Origin: Nevskiales bacterium
GTDB taxonomy: Bacteria > Pseudomonadota > Gammaproteobacteria > Nevskiales > CAJXLF01
Reading direction: 5' to 3'
Assembly: GCA_041622995.1 (NCBI GenBank)
Contig: JBFJXR010000009.1
Span: 120-64,119, forward strand
DNA length: 64,000 nucleotides
The notes beneath the pieces were generated by a model. It saw only the letters and a list, made by a program, of their open reading frames with translations. It had not been told where the DNA came from and did no database searches. Shown in pieces: positions 42,741-53,300 of the stretch. Position 1 is the first letter of the stretch, and every line of letters starts with the position of its first letter. The position numbers and the translations under genes are program-made.

Positions 42741-43268
42741 TCACTCTCTCAGTACGAGTTTGCCGTCGGTCACCGGAATGCGGTTGCCCGGGTCATAATC
42801 CATGTGCAGCTTCTGCTCCTGGCCATCAAGCCGATAGACGACGTTATAACCTGCCTGCTGTTTCTTGGTGCTTTGGACGGTCTTGCAGATTTGCTCGGTC
42901 GTCTGGTAGGTGTCTTTGTCCTGCATGGCGTTCTGTATTCGGTTGCCGGCATAACCACCCGCCACCGTGCCGCCTACAGTGGCCGCCTTTTTACCTGAGC
43001 CGCCGCCGATCTGATTGCCGATGACACCACCCACGACAGCACCCGCAATGGTCCCAAAGATTTTGTTGGGATCCTTGGGGTCGCGTTTGTAGGTCACGAC
43101 TTCATCCCGGCATTCCTGACGCGAGACAGGTACGGATTTCATGGCGGGTGTAGCGGAGAGTACTTCCGCATATTCAGGTTGGGTGGAATACTGATAAGCG
43201 GCGGTTGCACCGGCAGTAGCTAAAACTATACCGGTAACAACGCCACCGACGATGAGAGGTGTGTTCAT
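42741..43268 (-). CDS. ycfJ: glycine-zipper 2TM protein, YcfJ-like
   Basis: Aligns along its length with E. coli YcfJ (YAEVLSATP...RQECRD...GAVVGGVIGNQIGGG.GK..ATV.G...GGYAGN.IQ). Confidence 0.8.
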   Translation of the reverse strand: MNTPLIVGGVVTGIVLATAGATAAYQYSTQPEYAEVLSATPAMKSVPVSRQECRDEVVTYKRDPKDPNKIFGTIAGAVVGGVIGNQIGGGSGKKAATVGGTVAGGYAGNRIQNAMQDKDTYQTTEQICKTVQSTKKQQAGYNVVYRLDGQEQKLHMDYDPGNRIPVTDGKLVLRE

Positions 43269-43309
43269 GATTTTGATCCTTTATAAAGATGAAGAACTAC
43301 AGGCATATC

Positions 43310-43507
43310 TCAGCTTTTCCTGGTCGGCAGCAAGAGGACGCCGCCAATTAGGATTGTGCCGATGCCGGCCCAGACAGGAACGCTGACGCTTTCCTTTTCG
43401 GTGATCGACATTTGTAGAGGGCCGATTTCTGTTGTGTTGGCGCCGTTAACCAGGGCGAGCGCCCCGGCAGCGATAAGCAGGACTCCCATAATCATGGATA
43501 TATCCAT
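43310..43507 (-). CDS. small two-TM membrane protein (DUF3185-like)
   Basis: 65-aa protein with two hydrophobic helices. Family assignment is from memory. Confidence 0.5.
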   Translation of the reverse strand: MDISMIMGVLLIAAGALALVNGANTTEIGPLQMSITEKESVSVPVWAGIGTILIGGVLLLPTRKS

Positions 43508-43742
43508 TTCATTTTTCTCCGTTCGTTAAGCAGCGTAACAAGCTGAATCTGTCATGTCGGTTTGCTACCGCACATAGGAGTGTGCTTGAAAGCCGTGTTA
43601 CGGAATATTTGCTCAAACCGGCACACTGCAGAAACTGAACGTCATCGAATACAGACGTAGCCAGTTTTAGGTGGAGGAAAGAAAGAAACTCGAGAAACAG
43701 AGTTGTGAATGCTACTTCGTGGTGAAGAAGGCAACTGAATGT

Positions 43743-44066
43743 CTATTTGAACGGATTACGCAGGAAATCCAGAAAGAGTTTAGTAGCGGTGTTTTCCGGT
43801 TTCCTGTTATGACTGCCATCACAAAAGGGCATTGTGTCTGAGCGATTGCATCCACAGATCAACAGGTATTGATCGCGATTGGCGTGGTGTGTGTGTGGTT
43901 CGCAGCCCGTAGGGTTTGAGCATCCATCACAACGGGGTGGGGTCTGTGTCTCACCGCAGGTGCAAATCAGGTACTCAGCGTCTTTCTCGACGCTTTCAAC
44001 CCAGGGTTGTTGGCGGCTATACATACGCATTAATTTACAGACTACCCCTTTCCAGTGGATCACCAT
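43743..44066 (-). CDS. CDGSH iron-sulfur domain protein
   Basis: One complete motif, CGCNRSDTMPFCDGSH, and one degenerate copy, CTCGETQTPPRCDGCS. The start is uncertain (44066 or 44030). Confidence 0.7.
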   Translation of the reverse strand: MVIHWKGVVCKLMRMYSRQQPWVESVEKDAEYLICTCGETQTPPRCDGCSNPTGCEPHTHHANRDQYLLICGCNRSDTMPFCDGSHNRKPENTATKLFLDFLRNPFK

Positions 44067-44178
44067 GACGAATGTTCTGGCTATAATCGCAGACTTTCTG
44101 TTTCAGGCGTCGCTTTTACTTCAGGTCGACAGGTCATCAGAGCGAGAAATCGGATTCAATTCAATAATGTGAGAAGAC

Positions 44179-44679
44179 ATGCAATTTACTGAAGAACAGG
44201 TTCTGGACGCGCCGATGGCGCGCGTGGAAGATGTTTACTGGAATTTTGAATATTGTCCACGCAAATATCGTGAGTTGGGCCTGCAGGCAATCAAGGTTCT
44301 TGAGACCAGACGGGATGGCGATGACTATGCCATCACCTGTAGTTTCAAGATGAAACCCAGTATCAGTGTGCCCAAAATCGCCCAGAAATTTGTCGGCGGC
44401 AGTGATTTTCTGGATGTGGTTCAAACCGATAGCTGGAATACCAAAGAGGGTAAGGGGCGGCTTGATATTGATATCAGGCAGTTTAAGGGCGTCGTTAAAA
44501 TTCATTGCGACATGTCCCTGGAGCCGCATGAGCGTGGCACTGTGAATCGCATGGTCTGGCATGTTGAATGTACGCTTCCCCTGATTGGCGGGAAGCTGGC
44601 CAAGTACCTTGCAGAAGATATCAAGAGCAAGTTTGATGATGATTGTGAAGTCGCCAATCGCCTGATTCATGAAATGTAA
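44179..44679 (+). CDS. SRPBCC-fold protein (DUF2505-like)
   Basis: 166-aa protein. The pattern resembles DUF2505; this is from memory only. Confidence 0.5.
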   Translation: MQFTEEQVLDAPMARVEDVYWNFEYCPRKYRELGLQAIKVLETRRDGDDYAITCSFKMKPSISVPKIAQKFVGGSDFLDVVQTDSWNTKEGKGRLDIDIRQFKGVVKIHCDMSLEPHERGTVNRMVWHVECTLPLIGGKLAKYLAEDIKSKFDDDCEVANRLIHEM

Positions 44680-44857
44680 TGCGCAATAGTCACTTCAATA
44701 TCAGCCAATAAAAGTCGTTTCTGACGAGTCGGGTTTTATGTCGGTAATGAATGTTGCCGGCTAAGTGGTGTTATCTGGCTAATGCTCAATATACTGGTGC
44801 TTTCGGGGGAGGCAGATCAATCTGCTTCCCCCGATACTTTTTTGCATTGTTAATTGA

Positions 44858-45655
44858 ATGGAGCGCCCCGTGAGCGATTTTCAGAACATCATTTTCGAGA
44901 AGCACGACAAGGTTGCCCTGATCAGCCTGAACCGCCCCAGGGCCAGGAATGCGCTGACGGATGAGATGACCAAAGAATTGGTTGAGGCGCTTTCATCTGT
45001 CGCAGCGGATAAGTCAGTCAGTGCAGTTGTGCTTACTGGCGAGGGTGGTGCCTTCAGTGCGGGTGCTGACATCTCTGTGATCAGTGACAAGGGTGATATC
45101 CGTATCGAGGATGACCTGAAGCGTCTGTTCAAAGTGCCGGGCGAGATTATTGCCGGTATGGAAAAGCCGGTAATCGCTGCAATTGAAGGTGCCTGTGCCG
45201 GCATTTCCATGGCCTATGCCATGAACTGTGATCTGGTGGTGATGGCAGAGGGTTCTTTCATCATGTCGCCATTTGCCAATATCAATCTGGTACCAGATGG
45301 GGGCGCGACATGGTTGCTGGCCAAGGCATTGGGCTATCGCCGCGCCTATGAATTTTTTGCCGAGTCACAACGGCTGACTGCCGAGGAGTGCAAGGGATAT
45401 GGTTTGGCGAATCGTGTGGTCGCTAAGGGCGCGGCCAAAGATGAAGCCATAGCATGGGGCAACTCACTGGCTGAAAGAGCCCCAATGGCATTGGGGCTGA
45501 CCAAGCGTGCCCTGCGTGGTGCTGAAAATACAACCTATGCCGAGACGTTGAACCTGGAAGCGATGTATCAGACGACCTGTGCGAACAGTGAGGATGCCCA
45601 GGAAGCGATGACCGCCTTCTTCGAGAAACGAAAGCCGGTGTTTAAAGGTTGCTAA
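44858..45655 (+). CDS. enoyl-CoA hydratase/isomerase family protein
   Basis: Crotonase motifs LNRPRARNAL, GEGGAFSAGADI and AAIEGACAG. GTG 44870 is an alternative start. Confidence 0.9.
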   Translation: MERPVSDFQNIIFEKHDKVALISLNRPRARNALTDEMTKELVEALSSVAADKSVSAVVLTGEGGAFSAGADISVISDKGDIRIEDDLKRLFKVPGEIIAGMEKPVIAAIEGACAGISMAYAMNCDLVVMAEGSFIMSPFANINLVPDGGATWLLAKALGYRRAYEFFAESQRLTAEECKGYGLANRVVAKGAAKDEAIAWGNSLAERAPMALGLTKRALRGAENTTYAETLNLEAMYQTTCANSEDAQEAMTAFFEKRKPVFKGC

Positions 45656-45667
45656 TGAATCGCCAAT

Positions 45668-45697
45668 AAAAAAGGCCTCCGGACGGAGGCCTTTTTT
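45668..45697. terminator. bidirectional rho-independent terminator
   Basis: aaaaaaggcctcc-ggac-ggaggcctttttt lies between convergent genes. Confidence 0.85.
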
Positions 45698-45710
45698 CAC
45701 TGTTAGAAGC

Positions 45711-47402
45711 TCAGCTTTCCCAGATGACCTTCTTTTTGGCACCATACCAGCCATCAACCTGAGGGGCGTAATGGTCTTCAATCACATTACGCTTGATCTT
45801 CATGGTGGGCGTCAGGAAGCCATTTTCGATAGCCCAGGTTTCCTTTACAACCACGAGGAATTTTACATGTTCATGGGGATCCAGTGTTTCATTCACTTCG
45901 CCTAGCAGCTGGGTGAATTCTTCAGTCAGAGCGGCTTCATCCAGCTCACCCTTGGCACGTTTGGCGAGGTCTTCGTCAGACAGCAGAACCAGTCCATAGG
46001 GCTGTGTCTGGTTGGCACCGGCCACACAGACCACTTCGATATTGCGGTGAGCGCAAAGCTTGTTTTCGATTGGTACGGGTGCAACGTACTTGCCCTTGCT
46101 GGTCTTGAACAACTCTTTCACACGACCGGTGATTTTCAGGCGGCCATCATCATCCAGCTCACCCATGTCACCGGTTTTCAGGTAGCCATCTTCAGTGAGG
46201 TCTTCGGCTGTTTTTTCAGGGTTCTTGTAATACCCCATCATGTTGCCGGGACTCTTCACCAGAATTTCGCCGTTTTCTGCGATCTTGGTCGTTACGCCTT
46301 CCTGGGAATGACCAACATAACCTACACGGCTGCGTCCGGGCAGGGAACAATGCGAGTAGGCGAAGTTCTCTGTCATGCCGTAGCCTTCAAGGAGTTCCAG
46401 TCCCAGTCCGCGATACCAGGCGATGACGCTGGCGGGTAGCGGGGCAGAACCGGTAGCAGCAACTTTTACGTTTTCCAGACCCAGTTGGGTAAGTATTTTC
46501 TTCTTGATGATGCCCCTGATAATGGGCAGCTTCATCAGGCGGTTGTATTTGTCTTCGCCAATCTTGCCCATCACGCCGAGCTGGAACTTGACCCAGAGGC
46601 GCGGTACAGAATGGAAGAATGTTGGACGCGCGCGACGTAGGTCAGCAGGGAATGTGTCCAGCGCTTCTGCGAAGAATACATGGCAGCCGTAACGTAATGT
46701 ATTGGCTTCAATGGCGACACGTTCATAAACGTGAGCCAGCGGCAGGTAGGAGATGACGCGATCATCGGGGCCTACATCAACGATATTGGCGGTCAGATTG
46801 GCTGATGCAGCGATGGCGCCAAAACTTGTCATGACCCCTTTGGGGCGTCCGGTACTGCCTGATGTGTAAACAATGGTGGCCAGTTCATCAGCGCCGCGTA
46901 CCGGGCTTTCAGTCATCGGTTCGACGTCTTTAATGGCGTCATACCATTTGATGCAGTTAGCTGGTAGCTCGCTTTGTGCGGGAGATAGTGGGAAGTTGAT
47001 CGTTGGCATGTCGGCAGGCACGCCAGCCTTCATCATATCCCAGTCATCCAGCTTGCCGATAAATAGCAGTTTGGAGTCGCTGTGATCGAGAATATATTCG
47101 ACCGTATCCGAATTAAGAGTAGGGTAGAGAGGCACGCTGGCATGACCGGCCATCCAGATGGCGAGATCACAAATGATCCAGTGTGCGCAGTTTTTGGACA
47201 CAAGGGCGATATTGCTGCCAGGCGGGAAGTCCAGGGACTTCAGGTAAGCAGCCATGCGGCGGGCTTCATTCCCGACCTCGGCCCATGTGTAATCCGTGGT
47301 CTGTCCACCATCATGTGGCTGGGTCAGATATACCTTGTTAGGTAATGTCTTTTCCCAATGGTACAGGCCGTCCAGGCCAGTCGATGTATCTGTTATCGCC
47401 AT
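45711..47402 (-). CDS. long-chain fatty-acid--CoA ligase (AMP-forming)
   Basis: AMP-binding motifs IVYTSGSTGRPKGV, YGMTE and TGD. Start moved to ATG 47402. Confidence 0.88.
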   Translation of the reverse strand: MAITDTSTGLDGLYHWEKTLPNKVYLTQPHDGGQTTDYTWAEVGNEARRMAAYLKSLDFPPGSNIALVSKNCAHWIICDLAIWMAGHASVPLYPTLNSDTVEYILDHSDSKLLFIGKLDDWDMMKAGVPADMPTINFPLSPAQSELPANCIKWYDAIKDVEPMTESPVRGADELATIVYTSGSTGRPKGVMTSFGAIAASANLTANIVDVGPDDRVISYLPLAHVYERVAIEANTLRYGCHVFFAEALDTFPADLRRARPTFFHSVPRLWVKFQLGVMGKIGEDKYNRLMKLPIIRGIIKKKILTQLGLENVKVAATGSAPLPASVIAWYRGLGLELLEGYGMTENFAYSHCSLPGRSRVGYVGHSQEGVTTKIAENGEILVKSPGNMMGYYKNPEKTAEDLTEDGYLKTGDMGELDDDGRLKITGRVKELFKTSKGKYVAPVPIENKLCAHRNIEVVCVAGANQTQPYGLVLLSDEDLAKRAKGELDEAALTEEFTQLLGEVNETLDPHEHVKFLVVVKETWAIENGFLTPTMKIKRNVIEDHYAPQVDGWYGAKKKVIWES

Positions 47403-47511
47403 GTTTGTCTTCCCCCCCACCGGGATATATAGCTACGTGCAGAGTCTATTAAGTGACGTCTTTCCGCTCAATGAATAAAAGGTTTCGCATCTGTTTTGTA
47501 TACGAAGTCTA

Positions 47512-49068
47512 TCAGTTTACCGCTTTGGCGCGATCTTCCCAATAAGGTTTACGTAATTCGGTCTTCAGAATCTTGTTGGCGCCCGATAAAGGCATAGGCT
47601 CCAGACGGATATCCACAGAACGTGGGCATTTGTAACCGGCGATCTGGGTTTTGCAATGGGCAATGAGTGCATCGGTATCAATTTTTGTATCCGGCATGGG
47701 TACAACGATGACATGGACCTGTTCGCCCCATTCTTCATGTGGAATGCCGATGGCAGCACATTGTGCGACGCCGGGGTAGGAATAGACGGCCTGCTCGACT
47801 TCGACTGAATAAACGTTTTCGCCACCCGTGATGATCATGTCTTTGACGCGATCCACGATATAGAGATAGCCGTTTGCGTCGAGTTTGCCGCCGTCACCGG
47901 TATGAATCCAGCCATTGATCAGTGTCTTGGCAGTAACCTCTGGCAGGTTCCAATAACCCGGTGTGACATTGTCGCCACGGGCAATAACCTCACCGACCTC
48001 GCCTGTGGGGACTTCATTACCGTTGTCGTCCACGATCTTGAGTTCAACGCCCGGGGTGGCTTGGCCCGCTGAGCGCAATACTTCGGGGTAGGGAGGATTC
48101 GCATGATCTTCGGTGGAAAGCACGGTGAGTACCGGTCCGCATTCGGTCTGACCATAGGCCTGACCAAAACTGGTTTGTGGTAGTAATTCCATGCCTTTCT
48201 TGAGCACGGCCTCGGGCATGGGTGAGGCACCGTAGTAAATCTTGCGGAAGCTGGAAAGATCGCGTTCCTTGATGTTTGGAACGTTCAGTACCATGCCGAC
48301 CATAGTAGGAACCAGAACGCCGCAGCTGACCTTTTCCTTTTCAATAATGTCGAGTACTTTGACCGGATCAAATGCCGGCACAAATACATTTCGGTTGCGC
48401 ATGACAGTACCCATCATGCCGATAGCAATATCAGCAGCATGGAACATGGGGGCTGAGCGCAGCATGACATCGCCATTGGCAATGTCGAGTTCCGGCAGAG
48501 TCTGCAGGGTAGAGGCGACCAGATTGTTGTGCGTCATCATGACGCCTTTGGATCGGCCCGTCGTGCCCCCTGTGTATTGCAGGTAAGCAAGGTCATCACC
48601 GCTAGTGACGTAATCCCCGATGGGGTTATCACGTGAAGCAAAGTCTTCTATTGAAGTGTCGCAGATACCGGGTTCGATACCTATCACTTTCTCAAGCGCC
48701 AGATCACCTTTATACAATAGCGAGTTCATGACTTCGGCAAACATTGCATCGGTAAAGACGATACGGGAGCCCGAGTCTTCCAGCCAATGATGCATTTCAG
48801 GTGGTGCGAGTCGTATGTTCATGGGAACAGCGACAGCGCCCATCCATGGAATGGCATACATGAGTTCCATGTAACGGTCTGAATTCAGTGCACAGATCGC
48901 AACACGGTCACCGGGCTGAATACCGTAATCCTGCAGGGCGCCGGCTGTGGCACGAATCCGGTCGCAGATTTCAGACCAGGTCTGTCGACGGTCTCCCAAT
49001 ACGGTAGCGACTTCGTTAGGACGCGTCTGGGCTGCCCGTTGAATGAAGCTGCAGATCGAATTCGACAT
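47512..49068 (-). CDS. acyl-CoA synthetase / AMP-dependent ligase
   Basis: LQYTGGTTGRSKGVMMTHNN, YGQTE and GWIHTGDGG. GGAG lies 8 nt before ATG 49068. Confidence 0.88.
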   Translation of the reverse strand: MSNSICSFIQRAAQTRPNEVATVLGDRRQTWSEICDRIRATAGALQDYGIQPGDRVAICALNSDRYMELMYAIPWMGAVAVPMNIRLAPPEMHHWLEDSGSRIVFTDAMFAEVMNSLLYKGDLALEKVIGIEPGICDTSIEDFASRDNPIGDYVTSGDDLAYLQYTGGTTGRSKGVMMTHNNLVASTLQTLPELDIANGDVMLRSAPMFHAADIAIGMMGTVMRNRNVFVPAFDPVKVLDIIEKEKVSCGVLVPTMVGMVLNVPNIKERDLSSFRKIYYGASPMPEAVLKKGMELLPQTSFGQAYGQTECGPVLTVLSTEDHANPPYPEVLRSAGQATPGVELKIVDDNGNEVPTGEVGEVIARGDNVTPGYWNLPEVTAKTLINGWIHTGDGGKLDANGYLYIVDRVKDMIITGGENVYSVEVEQAVYSYPGVAQCAAIGIPHEEWGEQVHVIVVPMPDTKIDTDALIAHCKTQIAGYKCPRSVDIRLEPMPLSGANKILKTELRKPYWEDRAKAVN

Positions 49069-49417
49069 GTGTTTGACTCCTGAATGCACTGTGCTCTGTA
49101 ATTAAGAGCTAAATCAAATTGACGTAGACGTCATATTCTCAGCGGTGAAAAGTAAAGGGAAACGCAGTGAGGGGCAAGTGATTAGTGATGTAGTGATAAT
49201 TAAGATTCTTCTAATGACTGGTTTTCGTATCAGGTGCCAGTGAAAACTGATGAATTTCAGCAATTAATGGTCTCTGAAAATCAGTGCGTACACTCAGCCT
49301 ATAATATCCTCCAAGCGGATGATGGCTGGAAAGGGTTTCTCGGCTATGATTTGCTAACAATTCCGGTGCTACACTAGCCCGCTGTTACACCACAAGCTGA
49401 CATGTGGAAATATCAAG

Positions 49418-50077
49418 ATGCTTAAGCTGTATACCTACTACCAAAGTGTTGCCGCCCACCGAGTGCGTATTGCGCTGAACTTCAAGGGCGCTCCATTCGA
49501 GTCGATCTTCATCGACATGGATCACAGTGAGCATCTGGGTGATGAATATCTGCGATTAAACCCCGAGGGTCTGGTACCGGCTTTAGTAGTGAGCGATGAT
49601 CTCATCATTAGCCAGTCATCAGCCATACTTGAATATATCGAAGAGCGTTACCCCGAACGCCCATTGTTACCGGTAGGTGATCTGGAGTTGCGAAGTCGCA
49701 TTCGCTCATTCTCCCAGGTATTGATTGCAGACATGCAGCCCATGAATGTCATGCGTGTGTACAAGTACATGGAAGATGAAATGGGTGTCGATTTTGACAA
49801 GCGCCGCGGCTGGTACGTGCACTGGATGCACGAGGGCTTCAAGGCGATCGAGTCGCTGCTGGTCAACAAGACTGATACAGGCGCTTATTGCTTCGGTGAT
49901 CGCCCGACGCTGGCAGATGTCTGTCTGGTGCCGCAAGTGTGGAATGCCGAGAAATATGGCATAGATCTTTCTGCCTACCCGACAATCCGTCAGATCTATC
50001 GCATGTGTCTGACGCTGAGTGCCTTTCAGGCCGCCGCGCCTGAGACACAGGGCGACCTCCTGGCTCAAGCCATATAG
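49418..50077 (+). CDS. maiA: maleylacetoacetate isomerase (zeta-class GST)
   Basis: N-terminal LYTYYQSVAAHRVRIALNFKG...LNPEGLVPAL...SQSSAILEYIEE is typical of GST-zeta. Confidence 0.8.
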   Translation: MLKLYTYYQSVAAHRVRIALNFKGAPFESIFIDMDHSEHLGDEYLRLNPEGLVPALVVSDDLIISQSSAILEYIEERYPERPLLPVGDLELRSRIRSFSQVLIADMQPMNVMRVYKYMEDEMGVDFDKRRGWYVHWMHEGFKAIESLLVNKTDTGAYCFGDRPTLADVCLVPQVWNAEKYGIDLSAYPTIRQIYRMCLTLSAFQAAAPETQGDLLAQAI

Positions 50078-50357
50078 GCAAGCGAAGCTCAAATCTGAAC
50101 ACGGCCTCAAAGGTTAAAAACCGTTGCTTCTGCGTTGGAAAACCCGCCCTTTGAGCGATTAAGGGTATCGTTTTCTGCCTTGAAACCGGGGTCTTTTACT
50201 GTGCGGTGCTCATGTAACGGTTTGCTCTCCGATTGCCTGTAGCATAGCGGGCCTGAAAATATATATTCAAGCGTAATCCCCTGAATGACTTGCTGAAATT
50301 CAGCATTGTCGTATGCTGTCTGTACGGAAAAACAGTCAGCCAACAAGGGGGGACTGC

Positions 50358-53300
50358 ATGCCAGTCACCAAGACAGAAAAAAAGCTGGAGGCATTAAAAG
50401 CCTCTCTGGTGAAGCGCGCCAAGTCACTTAAGAGTATTCGGGGCTCAGCGGCGTTCTTCAGTTTCCTTGAACTCTACTTCGATAATGCCACGGCTGAAGA
50501 CATGGCCCTGTATTTCGAGGATGACCTGATTGTGATGGCTTATCGCCATTGGCAGATGGCGAGCAAGCGAAAGCGTGGCGAATCCCTGATTGAAGTATTC
50601 CGACCTGAAAAGAAAAAAGATGGCTGGATGTGTGGGCGGTGTGTAGTGATGACCGTGACGGATGATATGCCCTTTGTGGTTGATTCAATCACTCAGGCAG
50701 TACGGGAGTTTTCACCAGGCGTCGATTTTCTAATTCATCCAGTAATAGATATTGAACGTGACAAACAACGCCGTATCACCAGGGTTAGCAGACATGGTGA
50801 TCTGGGCGCTGAGACTGCGGAATCCTTCGTGCATTTGCAGCTGGACATTTTATCCGATGATCAGGTTTCTGATTTATCGAGACGTCTTGAGAACCTGTTC
50901 CGTGATCTTTCAGCCGTTGTTCAGGACTGGCAACCGATGAATCTGAAGGCACGTTCGATAATTGACGAACTTGAAAGCACTCGTAAAGGCGTAGATACCG
51001 AGCAACTTGAAGAAGCCAAAGCGTTTATGCAATGGCTTTGTGATCATCGTTTTACTTTTCTTGGATACTGTCAGCGTTCTGTAGAAAACCGGGGGCGCAG
51101 GAATACCTATGTCACTGATAAAAGTACTGGGCTAGGCCTGTTACGTGATGAGTTGCCTAAACGTGATCCGGACGGCTATGTCGCGCCAGCCGCGGAGTTG
51201 GACAAATATGCGCAATCTACCCGTATTTTAGTTATATCCAGAGGTAACACCCGTTCCTGGATTCATCACCCGGAATACATGGATGTAATATCGATTAAGC
51301 GATACGACGACAATGGCAAAGTATGCGGACTGCATCGGTTTATTGGACTCTTCGCCATGGAAGCCTACGCCGCCAGTCCGAGGATGATTCCAGTATTGCG
51401 GCACAAAGTGTCCAAGGTCATGGAAATGGCAAATTTCAGGCCGAATAGTCACGCCGCCAAGAATTTCAGCCAGATTCTCGATACGTTGCCGCGTGATGAA
51501 TTATTCCAGAGTTCGGAAGAAGATTTATTTGAAGTTGCAAGTGGTATTCAGCATCTGCGGGATCATCACCGGTTAAGACTGTTTATACGTCCAGATCGTT
51601 ACCGAAGATTTTATGCATGCATGGTGTATATACCTCGTGACAAATATTCACGGGACATACGACATAAGATTAATAATTATTTGTGTGCCGTGCTTAAAGG
51701 TGAATCGCCTGAGGTAAGTACCGAGTTCCTTCGTAGGGGGCTGGCGCGAATTTACTACATTATTCATACACCGAATTCCACCGAAAAGGATACCCCCCCT
51801 GATACCGCAAGTATTGAGCAGGAACTCCTTTGTCTGACAAGAACGTGGCGTGAAGAATTTCACGATGAAATATTTGATTGCTTAAGTGAGGAATTGGCAT
51901 TTAAGGCATGGGAAAAACTTAAGGACAATTTGCCCACAACCTATACAGGTACAGTGTCGCCACAGGTAGCAGTTTTTGACGCTGGCGAATTGATGAAGTT
52001 GCTCAATGCCGATGGCCTGTCATTGCGTTTTGTTCCACATCCGAATGTGGAAAACCATTTTACGCTAAGGGTGTATACCTATAATTACTCAATAGCGCTT
52101 TCGGATTTTATGCCCACCCTTGAAAATTTCGGATTAAGGGTTCTGAATCAGCAACCGTATGAAATAAATTGTGGCGAGGATTATTTCGAGATTCAGGCTC
52201 TGGAATTAGAGTGGCGTCATGATAATGCGGGTGACAAACTGTCTTTATGTCGGCGGTTTGAGGAAGCATTTTTACGAACTTGGTCGGGTGAAGTTGAGAA
52301 TGATGGCTTTAATCGTCTTGTTCTTTCTGCAGGTCTCGATTGGCGTCAGGTCGCGTTGTTAAGAACAGTCTGTAAATTTCTTTTACAGACCGGACTTCCG
52401 TTTAGCCGACTCTACATGGAGCAGTTGCTGGCAAACCATGCCGATATCACAGTTTTGTTATTTGAATTGTTCGTTTTGCGATTTAATCCTGAAACTAAAG
52501 AAGAGGAACGTACACGTAAGGTAAAGCAGAAGCTCAAAAATCTGGAAAACATTCTTGATTTGGTCTCCAGTCTGGATGCAGATCGTGTGCTGCGTGCTTT
52601 CCTCGGCGTAATACTTGCAAGTGAGAGGACCAACTATTTTCAGACGCTTGATGATGGCCGGCCCAAGCCGTGGATCAGTCTGAAAATTGCATCGGCCAGG
52701 GTTACCGAGCTGCCGGAACCCAGGCCGTTGTATGAAACGTTCGTATATTCTCCCAATGTTGAAGGCATACACTTGCGCGGTGGGAAAGTAGCCAGAGGCG
52801 GGTTGCGCTGGTCCGACCGACAGGAAGATTTTCGCACAGAAGTACTGGGCTTGATGAAGGCCCAGATGGTTAAGAATACGGTCATAGTGCCACTTGGGGC
52901 CAAAGGTGGCTTTGTAGTTAAAAGCGGTCCGTCCCCTTCTGATCGTGAAGCATGGCTTGCCAATGGTATCGATTGCTATAAAACCTTCATTCGTGGGTTA
53001 CTCGATATCACGGACAATCTGGTCGCTGGAAAAATTGTTCCACCACAGCAGGTCGTCAGGTATGACGATGATGACCCTTATCTGGTTGTTGCGGCAGACA
53101 AGGGTACGGCTACATTCTCTGATATTGCCAATTCTGTTTCTGAAGAGTACGGGCACTGGCTGGGTGATGCATTTGCATCCGGAGGTTCCGCAGGTTATGA
53201 CCACAAAAAGATGGGCATTACCGCGCGCGGAGCCTGGGAATGCGTAAAACGACATTTCCGTGAACTTGGCAAGGATATTCAGAAGGAAGATTTCACCGTT

